41,491 bases of DNA from an uncultured Candidatus Saccharibacteria bacterium (GTDB taxonomy: Bacteria; Patescibacteriota; Saccharimonadia; UBA4664; CAZJNH01). Below the pieces are notes generated by a model. The model had not been told where the DNA came from. It saw only the letters and a program-made list of their open reading frames with translations, and ran no database searches. Below, in pieces: positions 18,895-28,881 of the stretch. The translations under genes and the position numbers were made by a program. Each line of letters starts with the position of its first letter. Positions within the stretch are counted from its first letter, which is position 1. The stretch covers positions 1-41,491 of the forward strand of contig CAYZIN010000006.1 in assembly GCA_964478595.1 (NCBI GenBank), written 5' to 3'.

Positions 18895-19412
18895 GTCCAA
18901 AACGCTTCTTTTTAATCTTAAGTATCGCGGCGGCTTTGAGTGTTGCCGCCGATGGTTTCTACTTTTTCAAATCAACCGCAAATTTCCAGGCCAAACAATC
19001 TCAGCTTCGCAAAACCCGGGCCGACATATTAATCCATCAAAACCAAGCCGACGACTTCTTAAAGCTTGAGCAGACCTTCCAAACCGACGTCTCGCCCAAA
19101 CTAGATCTAGTCAACAAAGCTTTACCCAGCGAAAAAAACGAAGGGGCTATAAACCAGGCTATCAGTGATTTGGCTAGACAAACCGGTGTGAGTTTAAGCG
19201 GCGAAGGCGTTTCGTTTGCTGCGAGTACAGCCAACGCTACCAACATCGTCCCGGTCTCGTTTAGTGTCGCTGGACGTTACAGCCAAATCCAAAACTTTCT
19301 GCAGGGTATGGAAACCCTGGACCGCCAAAACGATATCATTAGTGTTGGCCTGGGCAATCAAGCTGGGCAAATCACCGCCGCCTTAACCGTTAATATGTAT
19401 ATACGGCCATGA
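18891..19412 (+). CDS. pilO: PilO-like protein
   Basis: TM, coiled coil, ALP and G.Y.QI.NFL..ME.L.R pattern; follows pilN. Confidence 0.8.
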   Translation: MSPKRFFLILSIAAALSVAADGFYFFKSTANFQAKQSQLRKTRADILIHQNQADDFLKLEQTFQTDVSPKLDLVNKALPSEKNEGAINQAISDLARQTGVSLSGEGVSFAASTANATNIVPVSFSVAGRYSQIQNFLQGMETLDRQNDIISVGLGNQAGQITAALTVNMYIRP

Positions 19413-19675
19413 AGTTAAAGATGAAATTATCGATTCCGAAAGTTGACTGGCAAAAAATTTTGCGGCCGGCTTTGAGCATTTTGGTGTTAGGAGCCTTTGG
19501 CTACGCCGGCTACCTAATTCGCGGCAGCCAAAAAATTACCCCCGACCAAAAATACCTGAAGGAGCAAACGGCTAAATCCAATTTGTCTAATCTGAAGATT
19601 AATGAGCAGCTTTTGAATTCTTTGGGGCAGCCGAAACCGCTCGAACCCGCCGGCCGCGACCCTTTTTCGCCATAA
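19409..19675 (+). CDS. small membrane protein at the end of the pil operon (PilP position)
   Basis: One TM and a C-terminal GRDPF motif; overlaps the pilO stop. Confidence 0.7.
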   Translation: MKLKMKLSIPKVDWQKILRPALSILVLGAFGYAGYLIRGSQKITPDQKYLKEQTAKSNLSNLKINEQLLNSLGQPKPLEPAGRDPFSP

Positions 19676-21521
19676 GCCACTGGTAGTCGTGTTCAATTTG
19701 CCGGGCGCCAACCGCGCTCCATAACTGGACCTTGTTCATTGGGCCCTCGGCTCTGGGCTGGTCGTCGTAATACTGCGGTTTGCCGTTGTAGAAGTGCAAT
19801 TCTGTGGCGCCTAATTTCTCCAAAGCCGAAATGCCAGCTTTGCAAGTAGCCTCTAGCGCCTTTTCAATTAAAGCATTGGTCTTTGGCGAGAACCTGCGCG
19901 ATCGAAGTTGTTTAACTAAACCGGCGGTAACAAAAGCGGTTTGCTTGGTCCAGCTCACTCGGCCATGATAGTCCAGGGTAGTGTAGCCATCGTCGGCCCC
20001 AACAAGGGTTGGGCCAGCTGGTGTAAAGAAGTAGTTTTTGTCTAGCAGTCGATCACAAAAGCTAACTAGATCGGTTTCAACCGATGACCCGTAAAATAAT
20101 TCATAGGCTTCATCGATATGATTAACTTCCAGCCGGCGATAACGTAATTTACCCTTGAGTTCAATAACATCAAATAGAGCCAAAGCCATGGCTGATTTTC
20201 CGTCAGGGTTTTCGAATCGATATAAATCTTTGTTGCCTTGCCATTTTTCGACTAAGCCCCGCAGTTTCGATCGAGACAGACCGAACCAGCGAGCATGTTT
20301 TAATAGCAGCTTCAGAGCCTCAGGATAAAACACCACATTCACATCGTAGGGAGCAATTACGGGATGAATCATTTTGTAGGCCCGCTCGCTGTCTCGCCAG
20401 TTTCCGGCTTGGTAGTATTCTTCGGTACGGTGTCGGCGGAACAGTTCGGGAATCTTTTTAAAAGTGATGAGCTGATTGGACTCGGCCTGGGCTACCAAGT
20501 AACGGGCCGAGCGCCTCAGGCGATCTTGATCGGACCGTGGAAGATCGCTTGGCGAAAATTGCTGCAGCCCCAAAATATAATGCGGCTCGATATCGATCAT
20601 ATTGCGAATCACATAGCTTTCCTGGAGCTTGTGCATCATCTGCTGCATCAACCGGCCCAGACGGTTCTCTTTTTCTAAAAGAGCCTCCAGGCTAGCCGGC
20701 AACTCCGACTGGTTGGAATTGGTTTCGGCCTCGAGTTCGCCGGCAATATTTTCATGCCAACCAACGCCAGCCGGGCTAACCAGTTTGAGTGCCTGACTAT
20801 ACATATAACGAACCGCTGCTGGGAGAAGATCGCCGCCGCCCAAATCCGCGGCCTCCATCCAGTCGCGCGGAAAAACGGTGCCGAAGTCAAAGCCGCTAGT
20901 CCGGTTATACCGAACTAAAAACTCCGTTTCGTATTTCAATATCCCCATCAACTTAGTCTCACTTTTGCCGGCGGGAAAGATTTTGGTAATTGCGGGTTTT
21001 GATGAGGTTGAGTTTTCGGTTATTAGCGTGAACTTAATCTTGCCGCCTGACTCAAGGTTATAGCCTTGCCGGGACGGCTGACGAACCACTTTAACATCGG
21101 GGTCAAAAATTAGTTTGGTGCCATACCAGTTTTCATCAAAGAAACGACGATAGTTTAGCTCAAAGCCTTTTTTGGTCAAACTACCACCAACGAATTGCGG
21201 CAACAAAGAGCTTGGGCTTTGCTTAATTGCTTTTGCAAACGACGGCTTAGTTTTGGCCGGCGGTTCAATAAATGAGCGAACCCTAAGCATTGGGCCCATG
21301 GCTGGATCGTGCCAGAAGAGTTTAGACTTTTTGAAATGGGCATGAATTTCTAGTTCGTTTTGGCGATTCGAAGTAACCAGATCCACCGCAAAGTCGGCCG
21401 GCACTACATTCACGCTGCCGAAGTAGAGGTGATTGTTGGGGCCGGCAATCCGGAGCTGACCGTGGTGGTCAATATCTATATAGTACGCCGATTCCAACCA
21501 ATAATTATCGCCCAATTTCAT
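19599..21521 (-). CDS. putative (alpha/alpha)6 glycoside hydrolase, amylo-alpha-1,6-glucosidase/debranching-like
   Basis: VFPRD, NWRDS, YHGRVSW and QLWS resemble the FGRD, WKDS, YHNGSVW and QAWS motifs of GDE-like six-hairpin glycosidases. Confidence 0.6.
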   Translation of the reverse strand: MKLGDNYWLESAYYIDIDHHGQLRIAGPNNHLYFGSVNVVPADFAVDLVTSNRQNELEIHAHFKKSKLFWHDPAMGPMLRVRSFIEPPAKTKPSFAKAIKQSPSSLLPQFVGGSLTKKGFELNYRRFFDENWYGTKLIFDPDVKVVRQPSRQGYNLESGGKIKFTLITENSTSSKPAITKIFPAGKSETKLMGILKYETEFLVRYNRTSGFDFGTVFPRDWMEAADLGGGDLLPAAVRYMYSQALKLVSPAGVGWHENIAGELEAETNSNQSELPASLEALLEKENRLGRLMQQMMHKLQESYVIRNMIDIEPHYILGLQQFSPSDLPRSDQDRLRRSARYLVAQAESNQLITFKKIPELFRRHRTEEYYQAGNWRDSERAYKMIHPVIAPYDVNVVFYPEALKLLLKHARWFGLSRSKLRGLVEKWQGNKDLYRFENPDGKSAMALALFDVIELKGKLRYRRLEVNHIDEAYELFYGSSVETDLVSFCDRLLDKNYFFTPAGPTLVGADDGYTTLDYHGRVSWTKQTAFVTAGLVKQLRSRRFSPKTNALIEKALEATCKAGISALEKLGATELHFYNGKPQYYDDQPRAEGPMNKVQLWSAVGARQIEHDYQWLMAKKGRGRRVRAVSAAPKNSKAAH

Positions 21522-21539
21522 TCTTCTAGCTTAGCAAAC

Positions 21540-22568
21540 TTAAAGCAGTTTGGTCTGCTTGGAATTGTCGTTTTTGGGTGAGATTCCCAAATGTGAATAG
21601 GCGTGCTTGGTAACTTTGCGCCCTCGCGGCGTGCGCTCGAGAAATCCAACTTTAAGAAGGTAAGGTTCATAAACGTCTTCGATCGTGGCGCGCTCTTCGG
21701 AAGTAATCGCCGCTAGCGTGTCGATGCCAACCGGACCCCCAGCGTAATTATGAATAATGGCCGCTAGCATTTGCCGATCAATTTCTTCCAAGCCCAGCTC
21801 ATCGATCTTTAACAAATCCAGCGCCTTCGCGGCGACCTCGGCTGTGATTTTGCCGTCACCTTTCACTTCGGCGTAATCTCGGGCACGTTTAAGGAGGCGA
21901 TTGCCAACGCGGGGGGTCAACCGGGAGCGCTGAGCAATTTGCTTGGCGGCAGCCGAATCGAGTTCGGCTTTTAGAATCCGGGCGGAGCGTTTAATAATCT
22001 GCTCAATCTCGCCGGGGGTGTAGTAGTTGAGCCGATGGACCATTCCAAAACGATCGCGCAGCGGACCGGAAATTGCGCCGGCTTGAGTGGTTGCACCGAT
22101 AATTGTGAATTTGGGCAAATCCAGCCGCAGCGACTTAGCTGATGGCCCCTTACCTAACATGATATCTAGCTTAAAGTCCTCCATGGCGGGGTAAAGAATT
22201 TCTTCGACCGTTTTGGGCAGCCGATGAATTTCGTCAATAAATAAAATCTGACCCTCTTCCATGCTTGTCAAAATTGAGGCCAAGTCCCCGGCCCGCTCAA
22301 TGGCGGGACCGGATGTGACTTTGATTGGAGTATCGACTTCGCGAGCCACAACGTGCGCCAGCGTGGTTTTGCCAAGCCCTGGCGGACCATACAGCAAAAT
22401 GTGATCGACTGGTTCGCCGCGATTTTTAGCAGCGGTAATAGCCAGCTGCAAGTTGTCTTTGATGGTTTCCTGACCGATATAGTCTTTAAACTTTTTCGGC
22501 CGCAGCGTTTCTTCAAACTGACTCTCGCCAGCTTCGATCTCCCCTTCGGCTGCAACTCGTTCGATCAT
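21540..22568 (-). CDS. ruvB: Holliday junction branch migration helicase RuvB
   Basis: LRP...[25 protein letters not shown] and RTPRGR. Confidence 0.98.
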   Translation of the reverse strand: MIERVAAEGEIEAGESQFEETLRPKKFKDYIGQETIKDNLQLAITAAKNRGEPVDHILLYGPPGLGKTTLAHVVAREVDTPIKVTSGPAIERAGDLASILTSMEEGQILFIDEIHRLPKTVEEILYPAMEDFKLDIMLGKGPSAKSLRLDLPKFTIIGATTQAGAISGPLRDRFGMVHRLNYYTPGEIEQIIKRSARILKAELDSAAAKQIAQRSRLTPRVGNRLLKRARDYAEVKGDGKITAEVAAKALDLLKIDELGLEEIDRQMLAAIIHNYAGGPVGIDTLAAITSEERATIEDVYEPYLLKVGFLERTPRGRKVTKHAYSHLGISPKNDNSKQTKLL

Positions 22569-23113
22569 TTGGCTAAACTCTTTAAGGCAACTTTGACTCG
22601 TTCGGCATCGTCCGTAACTGTCGTGGGTACTTTTGAGACAGCATCAGCTGCTTGGGCTGGTGAGTAACCTAAGCCAACCAATGCCAGATAAGTTTCATCT
22701 CCGACCGGAGCAGCGCCAGCCACTTTACCTTTCAATTCAACCAAAACTCGCTCGGCAGTTTTCTTACCAACCCCTACTACTCCGGCAAATAACTCTGCGC
22801 TGCCGCTTTGAATGGCCTGCATAATTTTGTCGGGTGAACCAGCCGAGAGAATTGACAGCGCCGATTTGGGCCCAACTCCGCTGACACTCAATAACTTCAT
22901 AAATAATTCTTTGGCAGCATATTCGGAAAATCCGAACAGGGCGTAGGTGTCCTCTTTAATATTTTCGTAAATATAAAAACTGGCCCCATCCCCAACTTTA
23001 GCTTCCTGCCAATCGGGTAACGCCAACCAAATTTCATATTCGATTGGACCGGCCGCCACCAAAACCGTTCCCGGTAGCTTTTCGGTTACTTCCCCCTTTA
23101 TGCGGCCTATCAT
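22565..23113 (-). CDS. ruvA: Holliday junction branch migration protein RuvA
   Basis: [27 protein letters not shown] and ALVGLGY. Start moved to ATG 23113. Confidence 0.95.
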   Translation of the reverse strand: MIGRIKGEVTEKLPGTVLVAAGPIEYEIWLALPDWQEAKVGDGASFYIYENIKEDTYALFGFSEYAAKELFMKLLSVSGVGPKSALSILSAGSPDKIMQAIQSGSAELFAGVVGVGKKTAERVLVELKGKVAGAAPVGDETYLALVGLGYSPAQAADAVSKVPTTVTDDAERVKVALKSLAK

Positions 23114-23120
23114 AGAGTCA

Positions 23121-23606
23121 TTATACTTTAGGGGAGGCTTTCTTCGAATGAGCGTGCGTGATCGCAATCGCAAGTGCATCGGCAGCGTCGTCGGGTTTGG
23201 GAATTTCGGTTAGAGCCAGTAAGGTTTTTACCATTTCTTGCATCTGCTTTTTTTCGGCACGGCCGTAGCCGGTAATTGCCTGCTTAACTTGTAGCGGGGT
23301 GTATTCGTGGCAGCGGAGTTTGGCTTTAGCAGCCTCAGCCATAATCACGCCTCGAGCCTGACTCACCGCCATCGCGGTCGTGACATTGGCGGCAAAATAT
23401 AAAAGTTCGATCGCGAACTCGTCGGGCTGAAACTCTTTGAGTAGTTGGCGTAATTCCTGCTGGATCGTCAACAGCCGTTTTGACATGTCCTCTCCTGCTG
23501 GAGTAGTAATTACTCCGGCCGAAACAAACTTGGCCTTACTATTTTGCCAATCGATCACGCCAAAGCCGGTCGTTGCTGTGCCTGGATCGATCCCCAAAAT
23601 TATCAA
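23121..23606 (-). CDS. ruvC: crossover junction endodeoxyribonuclease RuvC
   Basis: ILGIDPG, ARGV, EYTP.QVK..TGYGRA.K and PDDAADALAIA. Confidence 0.97.
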   Translation of the reverse strand: MIILGIDPGTATTGFGVIDWQNSKAKFVSAGVITTPAGEDMSKRLLTIQQELRQLLKEFQPDEFAIELLYFAANVTTAMAVSQARGVIMAEAAKAKLRCHEYTPLQVKQAITGYGRAEKKQMQEMVKTLLALTEIPKPDDAADALAIAITHAHSKKASPKV

Positions 23607-24337
23607 AGCTGATCCATCACGTCTGGGGCGATATCGATGTTTGAGTGAGTAGCGGTGACATCTTCTAGTTCCTCAAGCGCCTCCAATAATTTCACGACGC
23701 TGCTGGCGGTTTTGGCATCGTTGATATTAGCGGTTTGTTTGGGTGCCAGAACCAACTCGGCCTCCTTAACTTCGTACTTTTCATCGAGCACTTTTTTGAC
23801 CGACTCAAAATTCGACGGCGAGGTATAAACCCGCACGCCGTCTTCCTCCTCGAATACATCGTCGGCTCCGGCTTCGATCGCATCCAAGCTAGCTTGTTCA
23901 AGATCCTTAGTTTCAATAAACATCTGACCCTTTTGGTCAAACTGAAACGCTACCGAGCCGGGGGAGCCTAAGCTGCCACCACGTTTAGTAAAAGCGCTGC
24001 GAACTTCGGAAGCCGTACGGTTACGATTGTCTGTCGCCGCTTCGACCATTATCGCTACACCGCCCGGGCCATAACCTTCATAGGTGATTTCTTCGATTTG
24101 TCCGCCAAGTTCGCCCAAGCCCCTTTTGATCGAACGATCAATATTAGAGGAAGGAACGTTGTCTTCTTTGGCCTTTTGAATAGCTAAGCGCAAGCGAAAG
24201 TTTTTTTCTGGATCCCCACCCCCCTGTTTGGTCGCCACAGCAATCGCGTTGGCAAGCTTAGTCCACGCCGCGCCCTTACGCGCGTCGGTAATCGCTTTTT
24301 TGTGCTTGATCTGCGCCCATTTCGAATGTCCAGCCAT
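23603..24337 (-). CDS. yebC: YebC/PmpR family protein
   Basis: MAGHSKWAQIKHKK, YEGYGPGG and TDNRNRT; canonical position upstream of ruvC. Confidence 0.96.
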   Translation of the reverse strand: MAGHSKWAQIKHKKAITDARKGAAWTKLANAIAVATKQGGGDPEKNFRLRLAIQKAKEDNVPSSNIDRSIKRGLGELGGQIEEITYEGYGPGGVAIMVEAATDNRNRTASEVRSAFTKRGGSLGSPGSVAFQFDQKGQMFIETKDLEQASLDAIEAGADDVFEEEDGVRVYTSPSNFESVKKVLDEKYEVKEAELVLAPKQTANINDAKTASSVVKLLEALEELEDVTATHSNIDIAPDVMDQL

Positions 24338-24368
24338 GACTCTATTTTATCTGAGGTGGGCGGATAGT

Positions 24369-26585
24369 CTACTTAACGACTTGTTCGGTGCTAGTACTGA
24401 TGTTGCCGGCGGCGTCGTAAGCATTCACTGTAATTGTGTGGTAGCCGGAACTTAGCTTACGAGTATTCCAAGTGGTGGAGATGGAGCCGGTCGTTGAGGT
24501 AACCTTGGATCCTCCATCAAGAAAAATCTCCATTTTAACCACACCGACGTTGTCGGAGGCTGTGGCGGAAACTTTGGCGGTACTGGTAATAACACTGAGC
24601 GGGGCGGGGTTGCTAATCATAACGGTTGGCGGGATGGTGTCGGTAATTGGTGCTTGGTTGTTGACGGTCACTGTTGTGGTCGCACTAGTACCAACATTAC
24701 CGGCAGCGTCGTAGGCTTTGCTGACTAGGGTGTGGTTACCATTGGTTTCAGCCGTAGTGTCCCAAGCCAAACTGACCGAGCCGGAGGTGCTTGAGGCGCG
24801 GAGCAGACCGTCGATGTAAATTTCGGAGCTAGTCACGCCAATGTTGTCGGAGCCGGTAGCAGAGACCGTGGTGGTACCGCTCAAAGTCGCACCACTAGCT
24901 GGGGTCGTAACGGCAATGGTTGGGGTAGTGGTGTCCGAAACGGGATTACTAATGGTTACAAACAACTGCCCAGTGGTTTTTGTGTTGCCAGCAGCATCGT
25001 AGGCCTTAGCCGTAATATAGTGGCTACCACCGACGTATTTTGTAGTATCCCAGTAGAAGCTGTAGGGTCCAACCGAAGTGGTGGCGTAAAAAACACCGTC
25101 AATGTAGAGATCGACTTTAGTAACGCCAACATTATCCGTGGCACTGACACTAACTGGAACCTGACCCTTGATCGTTGAGTTGCTCGTTGGGGACGTGATC
25201 GATACGGTCGGTGCGGTCGTATCTGGTACTGGTGCCCCTAAAGCACTTAGCGCTCTCGAGGCATTAACCCGACCATATTTGATACTCCGAACCTCACCAG
25301 CTTGGTCTTTGCCGGTTAGCGGATCGGTTGTTGAGAACAATGCGTTTTCCAACTGGCTAAGTGTGGCATTCGGGGCGTAGGAATTCATTAAGGCCAGGGC
25401 TCCAGCTACCATCGGGGCAGAAATCGAGGTGCCGCCGACGCCCCCATAACCGTAAGGAGTACCGGTGGGGTTGATTAGTAGGGTAGTAATTTGACTGGTC
25501 GGCGCGGCTACCTGAATCCAAGAACCATAGTTTGAGTAATTCATTAAGTTATCGGACGCATCGGAGGCGGCTACGGCAACAGCGCCTGGGCTGGCGGCGG
25601 GATAACTTAGGGCTGAGGTACCGCTATTACCGGCGGCGCCAACCACCGCAATATTGTGGCTTACGGCATACGAAACCGCGGAATCCAAAGCGCTGCTTTG
25701 AGTAGTTCCGGAGTAGCTAACGTTTATAACCTTCGCCCCATGGTCAACAGCCCAGGTAATTCCAGAGGCCATCGCGGAGTAGGCCGCCGTGGTAGTATCG
25801 GTGATTTTAACCGGCATTAGTTTGCAGTACCAACAAACGCCGGCCACACCAACACCGTTATTGCTATTTGGCGATACGGTGCCAGCCACAGCTTCACCAT
25901 GACCACTGGTATCGGTTGTGTTACTAGATCCATCAAGCACGTTATAGCCGGTAATCGTTTTTCCGGCTAAATCGGGGTGGCTGGTATCAATTCCGCTGTC
26001 GACGATGGCCACAATAGTCGAAGAACTTCCCTTGGCTACATCCCAGGCGGAGTTGTCTCTTTGGGCGATGTGAGGCCATTGGCCGCTACCGGTAGGTCCG
26101 GCTGGATAAAGAGGATCGTTCGGAGTGGTCGTGGAAGCGCTGGCGACAAAATCCTTTTCGGCAAACTCCACTGCGGGGTTGTGGGACAGGGCAGTAACGA
26201 CGGCGTCGAGGGCTTTGGGGTTAACCCGCACAACTTTAACTCCAAGCTGCGGAATTTCGGATTTTACGCTTAAACCATAGCGGGTTAATAGTTTGCCTTG
26301 AACCGTTGAATCAGCACCGGCCCGAAAACGCAGCAAAATGTGATCAGATGCGAAATGGGGCGGAGGCGCTGTGGATTTAATTGGGTTGGTAGCGGCGTGG
26401 CTGGCAAAAATGAACCAAATTCCCAATCCTGCCGCCAAGACAGCCGCCAAAATTATTTCCCGGCGGGATAATTTGCGCTCTAGTTGGAAAAAGCGTCTCG
26501 ATCGATGAACTGGCTGATCAGGAGGGGTGGCCGATTCAGGAGTCGGTTGTTTGGGCGGCATTTTTTTCCCTCGCTTTTTGGGCAT
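24369..26585 (-). CDS. membrane-anchored or secreted S8 subtilase with three C-terminal bacterial Ig-like domains
   Basis: Catalytic triad VAIVDSG, GHGEAVAG and GTSISAP; oxyanion AAGN; three DT..PT...DN.GV...W.T...AYDAAGN repeats; N-terminal TM. Confidence 0.9.
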   Translation of the reverse strand: MPKKRGKKMPPKQPTPESATPPDQPVHRSRRFFQLERKLSRREIILAAVLAAGLGIWFIFASHAATNPIKSTAPPPHFASDHILLRFRAGADSTVQGKLLTRYGLSVKSEIPQLGVKVVRVNPKALDAVVTALSHNPAVEFAEKDFVASASTTTPNDPLYPAGPTGSGQWPHIAQRDNSAWDVAKGSSSTIVAIVDSGIDTSHPDLAGKTITGYNVLDGSSNTTDTSGHGEAVAGTVSPNSNNGVGVAGVCWYCKLMPVKITDTTTAAYSAMASGITWAVDHGAKVINVSYSGTTQSSALDSAVSYAVSHNIAVVGAAGNSGTSALSYPAASPGAVAVAASDASDNLMNYSNYGSWIQVAAPTSQITTLLINPTGTPYGYGGVGGTSISAPMVAGALALMNSYAPNATLSQLENALFSTTDPLTGKDQAGEVRSIKYGRVNASRALSALGAPVPDTTAPTVSITSPTSNSTIKGQVPVSVSATDNVGVTKVDLYIDGVFYATTSVGPYSFYWDTTKYVGGSHYITAKAYDAAGNTKTTGQLFVTISNPVSDTTTPTIAVTTPASGATLSGTTTVSATGSDNIGVTSSEIYIDGLLRASSTSGSVSLAWDTTAETNGNHTLVSKAYDAAGNVGTSATTTVTVNNQAPITDTIPPTVMISNPAPLSVITSTAKVSATASDNVGVVKMEIFLDGGSKVTSTTGSISTTWNTRKLSSGYHTITVNAYDAAGNISTSTEQVVK

Positions 26586-26684
26586 AAGTAATTAGATAAA
26601 GCATAAGCCTATTGACAGGAGGGGTCAATGAATTCATGGTGGGCCTTCGTTCGGGTTGCTGCAAATAAAATGGGGGACTTGGAC

Positions 26685-26852
26685 TTATTTAGATTTCTTT
26701 TTTTCGGCAGCGTAAATGCCAATTTGAGTGAATGCAGCTACCAAAATAAATATTGCCAGATTTCTGGTCGTCTCACTTGTAGCCTGAGTAAGAATTCCAG
26801 CGACAGCAATTATTGCAAAAGTGGCAAGCATCTTGAGTGATTTAAAGTTCAT
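26685..26852 (-). CDS. small two-TM membrane protein, 55 aa (not in ORF track)
   Basis: MNFKSLKMLATFAIIAVAGILTQATSETTRNLAIFILVAAFTQIGIYAAEKKKSK. Confidence 0.55.
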   Translation of the reverse strand: MNFKSLKMLATFAIIAVAGILTQATSETTRNLAIFILVAAFTQIGIYAAEKKKSK

Positions 26853-26929
26853 AATGAAATTGTAGCATAACCACTATAAGAACTACCGGATTTGAAGGTT
26901 AAAACATACTCAGGACCTAGGGTGACACT

Positions 26930-27005
26930 TGGTGGGCCGTCTGGGATTCGAACCCAGGACACGAAGCTTAAAAGGCTCCTGCTCTGCCAACTGAGCTAAC
27001 GGCCC
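26930..27005 (-). tRNA. tRNA-Lys(UUU)
   Basis: GGGCCGT...GGAGC-CT[TTT]AA-GCTTC...GGTTCGAATCC...ACGGCCC-A-CCA. Confidence 0.95.
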
Positions 27006-27180
27006 ACGTCCAAATTGTACTTCAGCCTGCGCCGCATGCTAAACATCCGGCTTCAGCTTGCGTACAATTTCTCCTTCGCCTCGCCAAACAGCCAGGTGGC
27101 TTGGTTTGGCTTCGGCTTTTAGCTGCAAACACAATGAATCGGATTGGCTCGGCTATTAAGCTACATTGCTGCAGTTTAAC
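27006..27180 (-). ncRNA. structured ~175-nt leader of tRNA-Lys, unknown motif
   Basis: Inverted repeats AAATTGTAC/GTACAATTT and GCCAAAC/GTTTGGC. Architecture shared with 41328-41436. Confidence 0.45.
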
Positions 27181-27186
27181 CGCAAA

Positions 27187-27215
27187 ATTATACCTGGAAA
27201 CCCTACGCCAATCAA
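27187..27215 (-). promoter_or_regulatory. sigma70 promoter upstream of the tRNA-Lys leader
   Basis: TTGATT-N17-TATAAT. Confidence 0.7.
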
Positions 27216-27725
27216 TCAGCGGGATCTAGACGGGAGGAAGTTTTCGGCGGCGATAACGACAAGGACGGCGACTAGCCAAGCCAGGCGGAAGGTGTAAATC
27301 CAGTCGGCTAAGATCGACGAGCGCAAAATGTTAGACGCCGCACCGGAATCGAGAAACGAGATAATACTGGAAATTAGTAACGCCGCAGTTAACACAGCGA
27401 GGATCACGGTCATACTAATGCGGCTTTTACTTTTGCTCTTTTCCTTGTGACCAAACTCTAGGACTACGACCGGTAAGGCAAAGAGAATAATTTTAACCAT
27501 TGTCAGACCAAAATGACCGCCAAAACTGGTTTTGTGCAGCAGCGTTTCGGCCCCATTAGCAAATGTCATCACCATTACCAGTCCTGCAAAGCAAGATAGC
27601 GCAAAGGTTTTGAGTTTGTTCTGGCCCAGAAATAGACCATAAAGCAGGATCAGAATTAAAATGATCGCCATGACTGTATTGGCGTTTAGGACCATGTGGG
27701 GAACGCCGACGTGAGGAATACTCAT
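27216..27725 (-). CDS. hypothetical integral membrane protein (about 5 TM)
   Basis: 169-aa hydrophobic ORF, co-oriented and downstream of dnaJ. Confidence 0.75.
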   Translation of the reverse strand: MSIPHVGVPHMVLNANTVMAIILILILLYGLFLGQNKLKTFALSCFAGLVMVMTFANGAETLLHKTSFGGHFGLTMVKIILFALPVVVLEFGHKEKSKSKSRISMTVILAVLTAALLISSIISFLDSGAASNILRSSILADWIYTFRLAWLVAVLVVIAAENFLPSRSR

Positions 27726-27749
27726 CGACGCTATTTTACCGCTTAAGCT

Positions 27750-28376
27750 TTAGCGGCGCCAGAAGGGTTTGGCCTTTTCGGCCTGGAGTTTTTTCAAGCT
27801 TTCGTAGAGCTCTTTTTCTTCTTTAGATAAGCGCGAGGGAACCTTGACACGGAATATCACAGTTAGGTCGCCATGACGGCCTGAGCGAGTTTTATTGCCT
27901 TTACCGCGAAAAACCATGCCTTGCCCGTCTTGCGTGCCCGGTGGAATTTCAAGATCGAGTGACTGCCCGTTAAAATTGGCTTTGACTTTATCGCCCAGCA
28001 CCGCTTGTGGGATTGTCAGTTCAACTTGAGCTTGGACGTTAGCCATGGCCGACTCAAACATTTGGCCGAAGATGTCACCAATGCCGCCGCCAAAACCAAA
28101 GCCCGAAAAATCAAAGTCCTCAAAACCGCCGAATCCGGCTCCGCCCTGGGGACCGGCACCAACTCCGGCATGACCGAAACGGTCGTACTGTTCCCGACTC
28201 TTCGGGTTCGATAAAACTGAGTAGGCCTCGTTTAATTCCTTAAACTTCGTTTCGTCGCCGCCCTCTTTGTCTGGGTGATGCTTAACCGCGTGCTTGCGAA
28301 AGGCGCGTTTAATCTCGTCGGCTGACGCGGTTTTGGAAACACCCAAGATGTCGTAATAATCGCGCGTTGTCGCCAT
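27750..28376 (-). CDS. dnaJ: short DnaJ-family co-chaperone (J domain, G/F linker, single C-terminal subdomain)
   Basis: [11 protein letters not shown] motif, G/F-rich region and IPPGTQ...GDL; no CxxCxGxG zinc finger. Confidence 0.85.
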   Translation of the reverse strand: MATTRDYYDILGVSKTASADEIKRAFRKHAVKHHPDKEGGDETKFKELNEAYSVLSNPKSREQYDRFGHAGVGAGPQGGAGFGGFEDFDFSGFGFGGGIGDIFGQMFESAMANVQAQVELTIPQAVLGDKVKANFNGQSLDLEIPPGTQDGQGMVFRGKGNKTRSGRHGDLTVIFRVKVPSRLSKEEKELYESLKKLQAEKAKPFWRR

Positions 28377-28384
28377 CTGTTACC

Positions 28385-28672
28385 TCAATTAAAAACGGTT
28401 GCAGTAATCCTACCTTGCTTAATCAGTACAGTTAATTCACGTAATGTCTCGGCGTCATTTAAGATCTCAGTCTCTTCGTTTATGCCGAATGACCTTTTAA
28501 GAACTGCTCTTAAAATAACTTTGCGACTGTTGTCCCATTTTAGAAAGTATTGTCTAGCCGGGCTTTCGGTATACTCAAGAAGGTCCATCTGCCACCCATC
28601 GACAATCTTCCTGAAGTAGCCTTGGAGAGCAAAACGCTTTTGAATTTCTCTGGTAACCTGAGCCAATAACAT
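28385..28672 (-). CDS. hypothetical protein (about 95 aa)
   Basis: ORF fills the dnaK-dnaJ gap; TAATG overlap with the upstream small ORF; AT-rich. Confidence 0.6.
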   Translation of the reverse strand: MLLAQVTREIQKRFALQGYFRKIVDGWQMDLLEYTESPARQYFLKWDNSRKVILRAVLKRSFGINEETEILNDAETLRELTVLIKQGRITATVFN

Positions 28673-28881
28673 TATTTCCACCACTTGATCTCGCTGATAT
28701 CTCCCTTAACTGCTTTCTCAAGGGCTTCCTTTGGAGTGGGATTAGACCATCGTAAATGATGGCTTTTTTCGTCGCGGGCAAGCTTGATTAGCCACTTTGT
28801 GTTTGTGGCCTTCTCGCTTCTAATAAAGCCATATGCGTAAGCGGCAATAGTTATAGGAATTAACCAAAACCAGCTAATCAT
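28672..28881 (-). CDS. small membrane-anchored hypothetical protein (69 aa, [15 protein letters not shown]...)
   Basis: ATG overlaps the dnaK 3' end; N-terminal hydrophobic segment. Confidence 0.6.
   Translation of the reverse strand: MISWFWLIPITIAAYAYGFIRSEKATNTKWLIKLARDEKSHHLRWSNPTPKEALEKAVKGDISEIKWWK

Noticed and set aside
23121-23606. RuvC as a TnpB/Cas effector
   Set aside because: It is a canonical 161-aa resolvase in the yebC-ruvCAB operon.
26628-26840. 70-aa plus-strand ORF
   Set aside because: The minus-strand 55-aa two-TM ORF in the same interval is more protein-like and co-oriented with its neighbours.
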